The notes beneath the pieces are model-generated. The model had not been told where the DNA came from. It made no database searches and saw nothing but the letters and a program-made list of their open reading frames with translations. Shown here in pieces: positions 46,142 through 56,354 of a stretch of 64,000 nucleotides of DNA (the stretch's first letter is position 1; every line of letters starts with the position of its first letter). The DNA is from an uncultured Gemmatimonadales bacterium (GTDB lineage Bacteria; Gemmatimonadota; Gemmatimonadetes; Gemmatimonadales; GWC2-71-9): the NCBI GenBank assembly GCA_963844035.1, contig CAWJMT010000027.1:43215-107214 (forward strand), in the 5' to 3' direction. The position numbers and the translations under genes are program-made.

Positions 46142-47346
46142 CTAGCGGTCAGGCGGTCAGGCGGTCGGGCGGTCGGGAGACTGATCGGCGTGGCGCCGTC
46201 GTGTCGGCCAAGGGAGCTGCGCGCTGGGCCGCGGGACACCCGTGGATCTATCGCACCGACGTGTACGCCGAGCCGCGCGACGCGCCGGGGATCATCGCCG
46301 TCACCGACCGCCGGGGCCGTCACCTCGGGCAGGCCCTGTATTCACCGACGTCGGAGATTCGCCTGCGCCTGCTCACGCGCGGCACCGAATCCATCGACGC
46401 GGCCTGGTGGGGAGCGCGGATCGCCGCCGCGGCGGCGCGCCGATCGGGAATCAGCGATTCCGCCTATCGTGTGGTGAATGCCGAGGGCGACAGCTTACCC
46501 TCACTGGTCGTCGATCGTTACGGATCGTGCGTCGTGGCTCAGCTCCTCTCGGCGGGACTCGAGAGTGCGCGCGACGACGTCCTCGCCGGAATCCAGAGCG
46601 CCCTTAGCCCCGACGGCGTCCTGTTCCGAAACGACGCCGGGATCCGGCGACACGAGGGGCTACCCCTCGAAGTGGTGCCGGCCTCCGGCAGCGTGCCCGA
46701 GACGCTCGAGGTGATGGAGAACGGCGTGCGATACCTGGCGGCGCCCTGGTCCGGCCAGAAGACCGGCGCGTTCCTCGACCAGCGGGAGAACCGGGCGCTC
46801 GTGGCGGCGGCGGTGCCGGGCGGCGGCCGGGCGCTCGACTTGTTCACCTATCACGGCTCCTTTGCCCTGCACCTGGCGGGCCGGGCCAGGGAGGTGCTGG
46901 CGGTCGATTCGAGCGAGGAGGCGCTGGCGCGGGGACGAGAGAATGCGACGCTCAACGGTCTCACGAATATCGTCTGGCGCGAAGCGAATGCGTTCGACCT
47001 GTTGCGGGAGTTCGAGCGCCAGGACGAGCGCTTCGATGCGATCGTCCTCGATCCGCCGGCGTTCGCGAAGACCAAGGACAACCTGGCGCGTGCGCTTGCG
47101 GGCTACAAGGAGATCAACCTGCGGGCCATGCGCCTGCTCGCGCCGGGTGGTGTACTGTTCACCTGCTCGTGCTCCTACCACGTGGGTCGCGCGGCGTTCG
47201 CCGATATGCTCGTGGCGGCGGCCCGCGACAGCGGGCGGCGGCTGGAGCTGGTGCGTTGGACCGCAGCGGGGCACGACCACCCCGAAATCCTCAACGTCCC
47301 CGAGACCGGATACCTGAAGGGGGCCCTGCTCCGCGCCGTCGAATAG
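46138..47346 (+). CDS. RlmI/RlmK-family SAM-dependent rRNA methyltransferase (start uncertain)
   Basis: GHPWIY, QKTGAFLDQR, LDPPAF, TCSCS, PETGYLK. Confidence 0.9.
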   Translation: MTSGQAVRRSGGRETDRRGAVVSAKGAARWAAGHPWIYRTDVYAEPRDAPGIIAVTDRRGRHLGQALYSPTSEIRLRLLTRGTESIDAAWWGARIAAAAARRSGISDSAYRVVNAEGDSLPSLVVDRYGSCVVAQLLSAGLESARDDVLAGIQSALSPDGVLFRNDAGIRRHEGLPLEVVPASGSVPETLEVMENGVRYLAAPWSGQKTGAFLDQRENRALVAAAVPGGGRALDLFTYHGSFALHLAGRAREVLAVDSSEEALARGRENATLNGLTNIVWREANAFDLLREFERQDERFDAIVLDPPAFAKTKDNLARALAGYKEINLRAMRLLAPGGVLFTCSCSYHVGRAAFADMLVAAARDSGRRLELVRWTAAGHDHPEILNVPETGYLKGALLRAVE

Positions 47347-47392
47347 CCGCCTGCCGTTGACGAAACCAGCCTCCCTTACAACCTTGCACACC

Positions 47393-48271
47393 ATGGCGTT
47401 CGCTCCGCCCCCGGCGCGCGACCGAAGCGCGCTCGTCCGGCGAGTCCTGCTCGCGTTGCTTCTCGCGAATCTGACCATCGTCGGGGCGAAGGCCGTCATC
47501 GCCGTGCGCGCCAACTCGCTCGCCGTGCTGGGCGCGGCGCTCGATTCGGCGGTGGATGCACTCAACAACGGCCTCGCCATGCTGTTGGTGCGGGTCGCGT
47601 CCAAAGAACCCGACGAGGACCATCCTTACGGCCATGGTAAGTTCGAGACGCTCGGCACGCTCGCCATCGTCGGATTCCTCTCCGTCAGCTGCTTCGAGCT
47701 GGTGCGGGGCGCCGTCAACCACCTGGTCAGCGGCGGGCACCCGGTCACCGTCACCGACTTCCAGCTCGCGGTGCTGGTCATCACGGTAGGCCTGAACGTG
47801 TTGGTCGCGTGGTACGAGCAGCGGCGCGGGGCCGAGCTCGGGAGCCAGATCCTGGTCGCCGACGCGAGCCATACGCGCGCCGACGTATTCGTCACCGTCG
47901 GCGTTCTGGTGGGCCTGCTGCTCGCACGCCAGGGGTTGTGGTGGGCCGATCCCGTGGCCGCCATCGTAGTGGCGGGCGTCATCGTGCGCGTAGCGTACGG
48001 CATCGCTTCGCGAGCCGTCCCCGTCCTGGTAGACCAGCGGGCCTTGCCGCCGATCGAGATCCAGGGAACCGCTGAAGGCGTGCGCGGCGTCATGAGCGCC
48101 TACCACATCCGTTCGCGCGGCGCTCCTCCCCTCCGCTATGCCGAGGTCACCATTTCGGTGGATCGGGGAGCGAACGTCGCCGATGCCCACGCGATCGCCG
48201 ATGAGGTCGAGGAACGCCTCAAGCGCGACCTCCAGCTGTACGAGGTCGTGGTGCACGTCGAGCCATGCTGA
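47393..48271 (+). CDS. Cation diffusion facilitator transporter
   Basis: PDEDHPYGHGKFE, ADASHTRAD, VHVEP. Confidence 0.92.
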   Translation: MAFAPPPARDRSALVRRVLLALLLANLTIVGAKAVIAVRANSLAVLGAALDSAVDALNNGLAMLLVRVASKEPDEDHPYGHGKFETLGTLAIVGFLSVSCFELVRGAVNHLVSGGHPVTVTDFQLAVLVITVGLNVLVAWYEQRRGAELGSQILVADASHTRADVFVTVGVLVGLLLARQGLWWADPVAAIVVAGVIVRVAYGIASRAVPVLVDQRALPPIEIQGTAEGVRGVMSAYHIRSRGAPPLRYAEVTISVDRGANVADAHAIADEVEERLKRDLQLYEVVVHVEPC

Positions 48272-49128
48272 GCGCCGTCCCGCCGCTCTCCCACGGCCAG
48301 CCCGCACGCGCCGCGCGCCGCCCCCCTCGCTCCCTGAAGCAGGAGTACGAGGAGTTCATGCTGCAGCGCATCGAGGAGTACAAAAACGCGCTGGCGCGCG
48401 AGGATCTGCTGCAAATCGGCGACGAGGCGGTCCGCGAGCTCGAAGGGAACGCCGGCGGACAGTATCTCCTCACCGAGGTGCTGCTGCTCGAGCACGTCGA
48501 TCGGCTCATCGCGCGGCGCCTGCGCCTGCCCTCGTTTCCGCGGTGGCGCCAAAAGCACCGCACGCTGCGCATCTCGCAGCGGGAGCCGACGCACTGGGGG
48601 CTCGGGGCGGATGCACCGCTCATCGGGCTCACTCGTCGGTTCGAGCCCGGCGACCTCGCCGTGGTTATCGGGGCCGGGGCCCTGCCCAGTGCGCTCTATC
48701 TGGCAGCCCACGACGCCGAGGTGTTCCTCCTCGATCAGGACCTGGGCGCGATCGAATCCGCAGAAAGTCGCGCGGTCGCCGAACAGCTCGCGGGGCGGTT
48801 TCACGCCCTGGTGATCCAGTTTGGCAGCTGGCTCCCCGACGTCACGCCCAGCCTCGTCGTGGTTGACCCCGCCGCCCTCGCTCCGGCCCGGCCCAAGGCG
48901 CGTCAGCGTCTACTCGACGACCTCAAGGCCCGCACGCGAGTTGGAGGGGTGCATTTGGTCCTTCCCACCCAGCCGATCCACGCCGTTATTCCGCTCGCCG
49001 CGGAAGGGTTGCAGGGGCACTACGACGGATGGCTCGTCACCCGCCGCAAGCGCTCCCGAGGCGGCGTCGGCTTCGTCGCCACCAAGCCAGAGCGTCAAGG
49101 AGACACGGTAGCGAACGTGTCTGAATGA
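48265..49128 (+). CDS. Hypothetical protein with a C-terminal Rossmann/methyltransferase-like region
   Basis: Helical N-terminus; VVIGAG...VFLLDQD; overlaps the CDF stop codon. Confidence 0.6.
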   Translation: MLSAVPPLSHGQPARAARRPPRSLKQEYEEFMLQRIEEYKNALAREDLLQIGDEAVRELEGNAGGQYLLTEVLLLEHVDRLIARRLRLPSFPRWRQKHRTLRISQREPTHWGLGADAPLIGLTRRFEPGDLAVVIGAGALPSALYLAAHDAEVFLLDQDLGAIESAESRAVAEQLAGRFHALVIQFGSWLPDVTPSLVVVDPAALAPARPKARQRLLDDLKARTRVGGVHLVLPTQPIHAVIPLAAEGLQGHYDGWLVTRRKRSRGGVGFVATKPERQGDTVANVSE

Positions 49129-49149
49129 CCGATTAGGGCGTGTTGGGAA

Positions 49150-49198
49150 TAGGCGTTACCGAGTAAGGCGTTGCCGGATAAGGCGTTGCCGGATGGCG
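49150..49198. repeat. 15-bp tandem direct repeats
   Basis: taggcgttaccgagt / aaggcgttgccggat / aaggcgttgccggat. Confidence 0.75.
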
Positions 49199-49256
49199 CG
49201 TGCGGCCAGGGTCTTGCATTGGCAAGGCTCCGACTCACACCCGGGAACGCTTCATC

Positions 49257-49442
49257 ATGACAAGTTTGCCCCTGGTACTCGACGACGAGCCGCTCGGTAT
49301 CATCCTGCGCGCCGGCCGGCAGCTGCTGCGCCCGGCCAAGATCTGGGCATACTGTTGGTGCGCCGATGAACCGGACGGCAATGAGCACACCGCACCAGCA
49401 TCTCCCGGTAGAGCATCCCCGCTGAGTGATTTGAGGCTCTAG
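49257..49442 (+). CDS. Small hypothetical protein (61 aa, YCWC)
   Basis: Short ORF between the repeats and a terminator-like hairpin. Confidence 0.4.
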   Translation: MTSLPLVLDDEPLGIILRAGRQLLRPAKIWAYCWCADEPDGNEHTAPASPGRASPLSDLRL

Positions 49443-49472
49443 GGGCCGGCGGTTCGCCGGCCCTTCGTGTTT
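49441..49472 (+). terminator. Putative terminator hairpin
   Basis: GGGCCGGCG-gtt-CGCCGGCCC followed by a T-rich tail. Confidence 0.55.
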
Positions 49473-49505
49473 CCCCCACCGCAGTAGATTTCTGCCGTTC
49501 CTCAT

Positions 49506-50535
49506 ATGCATGCCATCGTCAAACGGAGTCGGGCCCCCGGCCTGACGGTCACGACCGTCCCCAAGCCGTCCCCGGGCCCGGGCGAGGTACTGATCGCCGT
49601 CCGCCACGCTGGGATGTGCGGCACCGATCTCCATATCGCCGACTGGAATGCCTGGGCACAGCAGCGGATCAATCCGCCGCTCGTCATCGGACACGAATTC
49701 GCCGGTGAGGTCGTCGCGGTGGGAGACCGGGTCGCGGAGATCACGCCGGGCCAGCTCGTGACCGCGGAAGGGCACATCGTGTGCGGGCACTGCCTGCAGT
49801 GCCGTACCGGGAACAGCCACATCTGCCGTCGCACGCAGATCATCGGTGTGGACCGCGACGGCGCGTTCGCCGAATACATCGTCATGCCGGCGACCAACGT
49901 GCTGCCGCTGGACGGCATCCCCACCGACATCGGCGCCATCATGGACCCGATGGGCAACGCGTTTCACGCCGTGCTCACCGCGGAGATCCCCGGGAGCGTC
50001 GTGCTGGTCGTCGGGTGCGGCCCGATCGGCTGCTTTGCTGTGGGTATCGCCCGGGCCGCCGGGGCCGCCAAGGTCATCGCCTCCGACATCAATCCCAAGC
50101 GACTCGCGCTGGCGGAGCGGATGGGTGCGCACGTCATCATCGATGCCGGCCGCGAGGATGTCACGCGCCGGGTACTGGAAGAAACGAACCGCGAAGGCGC
50201 CGATGTCGTGTGCGAAATGTCCGGGGTCCCCTCGGCGCTGCACCAGGCGTTCGCGTCGGTGCGCATGGGTGGCCGCGTGCAGCTGCTCGGCATCCCCACC
50301 GGCCGCGGTGCCGATCGACTTCGCCAACGAGATCATCTTCAAGGGGCTCACCCTCTACGGCGTCATCGGGCGCAAGATGTACGAGACCTGGCATCAGATG
50401 CGGCGCTATTTGAGCGCCGGCCTGTTCGACCCGCGTCCGGTCGTGACGCACCGGTTCCCCCTCGCCCGCGTGGACGACGCCATCGCCGCCATCCGCGCCG
50501 GCGATGCCGGCAAGATCATCCTGGAGATCGCATGA
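49506..50535 (+). CDS. tdh: L-threonine 3-dehydrogenase (frameshift near 50305)
   Basis: CGTDLHI, GHEFAG, CGHCLQCRTG, GCGPIG; adjacent to kbl. Confidence 0.92.
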
Positions 50536-51726
50536 CCTTCCCCGCCCGACTGCAGGCCGAGCTCGACCAGTTCAGACACGACGGGGTGTACAAGCGCCTG
50601 AACTACCTGGCCTCCCCGCAGGGGGCTCGCGTCCGGATGGAAGGGCGTGGCGAGGTGTTGATCCTCTCGTCCAACAACTACCTGGGCCTGTGCGACGCGC
50701 CCGACGTGGTGGCGGCAGGCAAGCGGGCCCTCGACGAGTTCGGCGCCGGGACCGGCTCCGTCCGCTTCATCTGCGGCACCTTCACGATCCATCGGGAGCT
50801 CGAGGCGGCGCTGGCCCGGCTGGTCGGGTGCGCCGCGGCTCTCAGCTACGTCAGCTGCTGGAATGCGAACGAGGGGCTCTGCGCGACCTTGCTCGGCGAG
50901 CAGGACATCGTGATCTCGGACCAGCTCAACCACGCCTCGATCATCGATTCGATCCGGCTCGCCAAGTCCATCACACGGTGCCAATCCGCGGTGTATCGCC
51001 ACTCGGACATGGGGGACCTCGAGGACAAGCTGCGTGCGGCCAAGGACTGCCGCCTCAGGCTCGTCGTGACCGACGGGGTTTTCTCGATGGAGGGCGACAT
51101 CGCCAGGCTCCCGGACATCATGGCACTGTCGCGACAGTATGATGCCATCGTGGCAGTGGATGATTCCCACGGTACCGGAGTGCTCGGGGCGACCGGTCGC
51201 GGGACGGCCGAGCACTACGGCGTGCTCGGGCAGGTGGATATCGTCACCTCCACCTTGGGGAAGGCCCTCGGGGGCGCCGCGGGGGGGTTCGTGGCTGGCC
51301 CCGAGCCGCTCGCCGACTATCTCACCCAGCGCTCCCGGCCGCAGCTCTTCAGCAACGCCCTCCCCCCAACCGTCGCGGCGAGCGCGCTCGCTGCGGTGCG
51401 CCATCTCGAGGGTCACCCCGAGCTCGTGAGCCGCCTGAGGGACAACGCCAACTACTTTCGGGACCAGCTGCTCGCCCTCAGGGTTCAAGCCTCTGCCCGG
51501 CCAGACGCCGATCGTGCCGGTGATCCTGGGCGAGACCGCCCGGGCGATCGAAATGAGCGAGCGCCTGCTCGCGGAGGGCGTTTTCGTGACCGGGTTTGGC
51601 TACCCGGTCGTTCCGCAGGGCCACGCGCGGGTGCGCTGTCAGGTCTCGGCGGCGCACACCCGCGCCGACCTGGATTTCGCGTTGCGAGCGTTCAAGAAGG
51701 TCGGGACCCAGCTCGGGCTGATCTAG
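50532..51726 (+). CDS. kbl: Glycine C-acetyltransferase (frameshift near 51480)
   Basis: SNNYLGL, SVRFICGT, DGVFSMEG, DDSH, TLGKALGG. Confidence 0.92.
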
Positions 51727-51946
51727 CGAACCGGCATTTTCGGCACTTCTTCGGTGTTTGTTTGGGTAATCCACGGCTGAACCTCAAGTAGTTTCAAGGC
51801 TCGGTGCCTTAACTTCCCTGCCTTCAAGCCTTTCGGGTATCGCGTTTTTGAACCCGAACCACTATTTTCGGTCGGTTTCGGGGCCGGGGCCCCGCGCGTC
51901 CGAGTGCCTCACACTGGGCAAGCCGTCTTGACCGAGGAGTGGTACC

Positions 51947-53190
51947 ATGCGGGTTCTCACAATCGTCGGGTTGGTTCTCGTCAGCTGGGTCGCGGGCCTG
52001 AGCGCGCAGCACGCCCATCAGATCGAGTTCGGCGGGTTCGGCACCTACACCCGCTACGACGACCAACGTGGCCTCGAAATGCAGGTCGGCGGCGGCGGGC
52101 GGCTGGGGTACTTCATGAGCGAGTACTTCGGCCTGGAAGCGGACCTCCACTTTGCCGCCCCCTATAACGCGGCCGGTACCTACGGCACCGAGATCGCTCG
52201 AGGCAGCGTGAGCCTCATCGTCAACTCGGGCGGCCAGCACAACATCCTCTACGTTCTCGGTGGCTATACGCGCACCCGCGATGGCTGGTCGCCCTATCCC
52301 TACCAGTGGGCCAATACTGCCCACTTCGGGATTGGCGACCGGATCTTTTTCGGGAACCGCGCTGGCGCTGCGGCTCGAGGCGCGGGGGTTCTACACCCCT
52401 GGGGATCCGGTGGGAAACGGCGTCACAAACGCACTCGACTTCACGGGTTCGGCCGGGCTCTCGGTGTTCCTGTTCGGCAAGGGGAGCGGCCAGGCGAAGC
52501 CCCAGCCGATCTCACAGGCGACCAAGGATTCGATCATCGCCGCAGGTGGCACGCTGCCGCCGGAGACGCCGGAACCGACTCGCAAGGTGTTCGTGAAGAG
52601 CGGCGTCGGCTGGCAGCGTCAGTGGTTCTGGGGCGCTCAGGCCGGCGTGCTTTCCTTCAACACCGACGTCGACGGCTTCTCCGCCGAGCCGACGTTCGGC
52701 GGGCACTGGCTCATCACCGCCAAGAAGACCGCCATGTACGTCTCGTACGAGCAGTCGTTCTTCCTGTCGGACCGGCACGCCACCATTACCCACCCCAACG
52801 GAACGATCGAGCCGGGGAACGTCGCGTTCGACGGGGTGCGGCGCATCATGATGGGTGTCCTGGCGTTCCCGGTGCAGAAAGCCGTGCAGCCGTTTGGCGG
52901 CGTGGGCTTCGCCATCATGGAAGTGCTCGACCCCATGGCGACATGCACCGGATGCACCGCGGGCGATTTGGCCATCGTGCAGAACGCGGCCGATGACGCC
53001 GCCACGAAGGCGTTCTTCTGGTGGATGGGTGGAGTCGACGTGCGGCAGGGGCGCCTCTCGCTCTACGGCCACTACATCCTGACACAAGCAGGCCCGAGGG
53101 TTCCTCATCGAGGGCGTCACACACACGGTGCAGGGCGGCATCCGCTACAGCTTCGGCAGCTCCAGGGAGGACATTACCGCGAAGCACTGA
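51947..53190 (+). CDS. Outer-membrane protein with two beta-barrel-like regions (frameshifts near 52360 and 53095)
   Basis: GAGGAG RBS, signal peptide, OmpA-like strands, Pro-rich linker, second strand set ending GGIRYSFG. Confidence 0.6.
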
Positions 53191-53773
53191 TCCGCGATCG
53201 CGACACCCACGGCGAGTCAGCGACCAGATATCGTAGCGGCCAATCGACGCCCCGCGTGATCCCCACGCGGGGCGTCCGTACGATGTGCAGGCGTTGCGGG
53301 ACGGGCGCCCGAACGATCCGAAGCACGCCGCGCTGGAGCCACACCCCATTCAAGAGCCCGGTGATCCCCAGCGCCACACAGAGACGCGCAGGCCCCGCAC
53401 ACAGGATACGATCCGAAGTACTGCCCCGGCGACGACGCATGGTGTCGAGTCCGCCGACCGGCTCCAGAGCCCGAATCAGGACCGCCGCGGGGTAACCCTC
53501 GCGCCGCGTCACCGCGTTCAGGCACCAATGCATTCCGTATGTGAAGTAGACGTACGCCGTGCCGGGAGGCCCGAACAACCCTTCAGTACGAGCAGTGCGC
53601 CGGCCGCCGAATGCGTGGCACGCTGGGTCGTGCGGTCCCAGATACGCTTCCGTTTCGACGATGCGCCCGGCGGTGCGGCGGCCCCCGACCGTACTCACAA
53701 CCAAGTGCCCTAAAAGACTACGCGCGACCACTTCCGTCGGTCGCGCGTAGAACGAGGGAGGCAGCGGCTTCAC
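53174..53773 (-). CDS. mpg: DNA-3-methyladenine glycosylase (MPG/AAG family)
   Basis: IVETEAY, YVYFTYGMH, AVLIRALEP, GPARL, PRVGI. Confidence 0.93.
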   Translation of the reverse strand: MKPLPPSFYARPTEVVARSLLGHLVVSTVGGRRTAGRIVETEAYLGPHDPACHAFGGRRTARTEGLFGPPGTAYVYFTYGMHWCLNAVTRREGYPAAVLIRALEPVGGLDTMRRRRGSTSDRILCAGPARLCVALGITGLLNGVWLQRGVLRIVRAPVPQRLHIVRTPRVGITRGVDWPLRYLVADSPWVSRSRISASR

Positions 53774-55560
53774 GTCCCGCCGGTCAGCCCGCGTTTCACC
53801 TTGGTCCAGAAGGATTCTCCGGTGTCCGGCTCCGACGGCGGCGGCGCAGGCTTGGGAGCCGGCGGAGGGGGCGGCGCTGACGCCGTCGGGATCGGCCTGC
53901 GAGACCGGGACCTCACGGGGCTCTGCCCGCTCGAACCCGGACGACTCGGAGCTGCGCGGCGCACCGCGGCCCCTGCCACCCCGACGACCCCGGCCCCCAC
54001 GCTCGCCGGGCTCCCGCTCGCCACGCCCGCTCCCGCCCCGCGGACGGCTGCGGTCCCCTCCAGCTGCACTCGGCCCCCGTCCCCCACGACGGGGCTCGCG
54101 CGACTCATCAACACCGCGGCCGCCGACATGGGCCTGCTCGGGGCAGAGGAGGCCGGCATGGGGGGATCGATAATGGCTGGACTGGGCGGCACGAGCTCGA
54201 TCCGCGGCTTGAAATTGGGATCGACTTCGACAATACCGACCTTGGCAATGTCGGGCGGCGCGACCCGCGGACCCTTCGACCCGCGACGGAACCGGGCACT
54301 GCGGGAGGGAACCCCGGTCGCGGGACCTGCGGGCGGGGCGGCATCGGGGGCGGCCTGGAACGCGGGCGCGGGTGGCTCGACGGCCGCGGTCTCGCTGCGC
54401 TGCGGCGCCGGGGGTTCGGCGCCAACCCGTGGCTTCACTATGTAGCCGCCGTCTTCCAGCTTGGAGAGGTCGATGATCTCGGCATCGTGCGCCTGGAGCA
54501 ACAGCTTCAGGAACCGTTCCGACTCGAGTGGCCCGGAATCGCCGCCCTTGATTTCGATCATGGCGTCGCGCACCTGGTCGGCGCTCACACCCTGGTCACT
54601 CCCTCCCAGCCTGCTCAGGGCCTGCTTGAGCAACCCAAACGCCTCGCCCAGCGAAAGCCCTCTGCCTCCATCCCCGCCGCCTCTGCGGCCACGGCCATCA
54701 CGCCCTGACGAACGCTCGCGCGGCGCCGAGGTCTCCTGCTCCCGGGCGGCGGCAGTGCGCAGCGACGGATGGGCCGCCGCGCCGGCGACGTCCGGCCCGA
54801 GGGCGAGCTCGTACTGTCCGTTGTCGAGCTTGGTGAGCGTGATCAGCCCTTTATGGGCCGCCTCAATGACGAATTTGCTGAAGCGCGAGAAGCCGACGTC
54901 CTTTTCGGTGAAACCGGGATCGATCTCCTGCATCACCTGCTTCAGACGATCGGAGCGCATCACGTCGTTGTGCGCTGTCATCTGCTTCACCGCCTCGACC
55001 ACCAGCTCCCAGGGATCGTGGCGCTCGTGCTTGACGTCGGATTCCTTGGTGAATCCGGCCAGCTCGTTGTAGGAGTAGTACTCATCGCAGTTCTGAATGA
55101 GCAGATCGCTCGAGGATTCGCGGATCCCCACGCCGATGATGTACTTCCCGTACTCCTTGAGCTTGAGCACGAGGGAGGAAAAATCGCTGTCGCCCGACAG
55201 CAGGATGAAGGTGCCGATTTCGGGCCGCGTAAACACGAGCTCGAGGGCGTCGATCGCCAGCCGGATATCGGTGGCGTTCTTCTTGTTCGCGCCGTGGGCG
55301 GGAGCGAAGATCAAGTCGATCGACGACTCCGAGAGGGGGACGATGTACTGCGGGTAGCGCCGCCAGTCGGCGTAGGCGCGCTGCACGGCAACCTTGCCCC
55401 GGATGATCTCCGACTGCAACAGGCGCTTCAGCTCCGTCTGCAGATCGGAACGGATCGCCATCGTCACGTTGTCGAAGTCGATCAGAAGCGCCGCATTCGG
55501 CGCGTGGGCAGGTGGTTCCTTGTGAGGACGTGCGAGATAAGAGTGTTGCGGCTGGGTCAT
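53770..55560 (-). CDS. NYN domain ribonuclease with OST-HTH/LOTUS domains and a low-complexity tail
   Basis: LIDFDN, RAYADW, KNATDIRL, SGDSDF; PGFTEKDVGFSRFSKF. Confidence 0.88.
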   Translation of the reverse strand: MTQPQHSYLARPHKEPPAHAPNAALLIDFDNVTMAIRSDLQTELKRLLQSEIIRGKVAVQRAYADWRRYPQYIVPLSESSIDLIFAPAHGANKKNATDIRLAIDALELVFTRPEIGTFILLSGDSDFSSLVLKLKEYGKYIIGVGIRESSSDLLIQNCDEYYSYNELAGFTKESDVKHERHDPWELVVEAVKQMTAHNDVMRSDRLKQVMQEIDPGFTEKDVGFSRFSKFVIEAAHKGLITLTKLDNGQYELALGPDVAGAAAHPSLRTAAAREQETSAPRERSSGRDGRGRRGGGDGGRGLSLGEAFGLLKQALSRLGGSDQGVSADQVRDAMIEIKGGDSGPLESERFLKLLLQAHDAEIIDLSKLEDGGYIVKPRVGAEPPAPQRSETAAVEPPAPAFQAAPDAAPPAGPATGVPSRSARFRRGSKGPRVAPPDIAKVGIVEVDPNFKPRIELVPPSPAIIDPPMPASSAPSRPMSAAAVLMSRASPVVGDGGRVQLEGTAAVRGAGAGVASGSPASVGAGVVGVAGAAVRRAAPSRPGSSGQSPVRSRSRRPIPTASAPPPPPAPKPAPPPSEPDTGESFWTKVKRGLTGGT

Positions 55561-55685
55561 GGGTTTGCGCTCGATTTCGGACGCGCGAATTGGCCGGGCC
55601 CAGCTCTACGCATGGGGCCCGCCACTTCGTGCAGGATGTGTATGGCGACCGCTGCGCGTGAAAGCGCGTTCAATAACTCGTCGCC

Positions 55686-55809
55686 CGTCTCAGATTGGGT
55701 GCGGCAGAGTCGCTTCGGGGGGTTGGCCGCCGGAACCATCTCGGCGCGCCCACGAACGGTTCCTCGCGTATTTCCCGAGGCCGCCAAAGCGCTGCCGCAT
55801 GACCCGACG
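55686..55809. ncRNA. Candidate structured RNA element, family unknown
   Basis: Long closing stem GGGTGCGGCAG..CGCTT / AAGCG.CTGCCGCA..ACCC plus inner GGAACC/GGTTCC stem. Confidence 0.4.
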
Positions 55810-55875
55810 CCACCCGAACCCCTGCCTTCTCCATCAGTGCATTGAAACTAAACAACTTGCGCGAAAAGGAACAGC

Positions 55876-56295
55876 CTACTCCCCCAAAACCTTGATGATC
55901 AGCCGCTTGCGACGCTGGCCGTCCCACTCGCCGTAGAACACGCGCTGCCAGGGGCCGAGATCGAGCTTTCCCTTGGTGATCGGCACGATCACCTCGTGCC
56001 CGATCGTGAGGCTGCGCAGGTGCGCCGCGGCGTTGTCCTCACCCGTTTCGTTGTGGCGGTACCGGCCCGGCTCCCAGGGCGCGATGCTCTGCTCCAGCCA
56101 CCGCAGGATATCCTCCCACAGGCCCGACTCGTGGTCGTTGACGAACACCGACGCCGTGATATGCATGGCGCTCACCAGCACGAATCCCTCCCCCACGCCG
56201 CTGCCCGAGACCTGGGTGGCCACTTCGTCGGTGATGTCGATGATCTCCTGTCGTTTCTTGGTGGTGAACCAGAGGTAGTGCGTGTGGCTCTTCAT
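55876..56295 (-). CDS. YjbQ/UPF0047 family protein
   Basis: [27 protein letters not shown]...EWDG. Confidence 0.9.
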   Translation of the reverse strand: MKSHTHYLWFTTKKRQEIIDITDEVATQVSGSGVGEGFVLVSAMHITASVFVNDHESGLWEDILRWLEQSIAPWEPGRYRHNETGEDNAAAHLRSLTIGHEVIVPITKGKLDLGPWQRVFYGEWDGQRRKRLIIKVLGE

Positions 56296-56354
56296 GTCAG
56301 ACCCCTGTGTCGAATTGTCGCACCCGGACCTTTGTTCTAGATTGGCCCAGTAAT

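Noticed and set aside
49506-51791. 761-aa Tdh-Kbl fusion
   Set aside because: A frameshift artefact; the Tdh C-terminus and stop are in another frame, ending at 50535 with an ATGA overlap.
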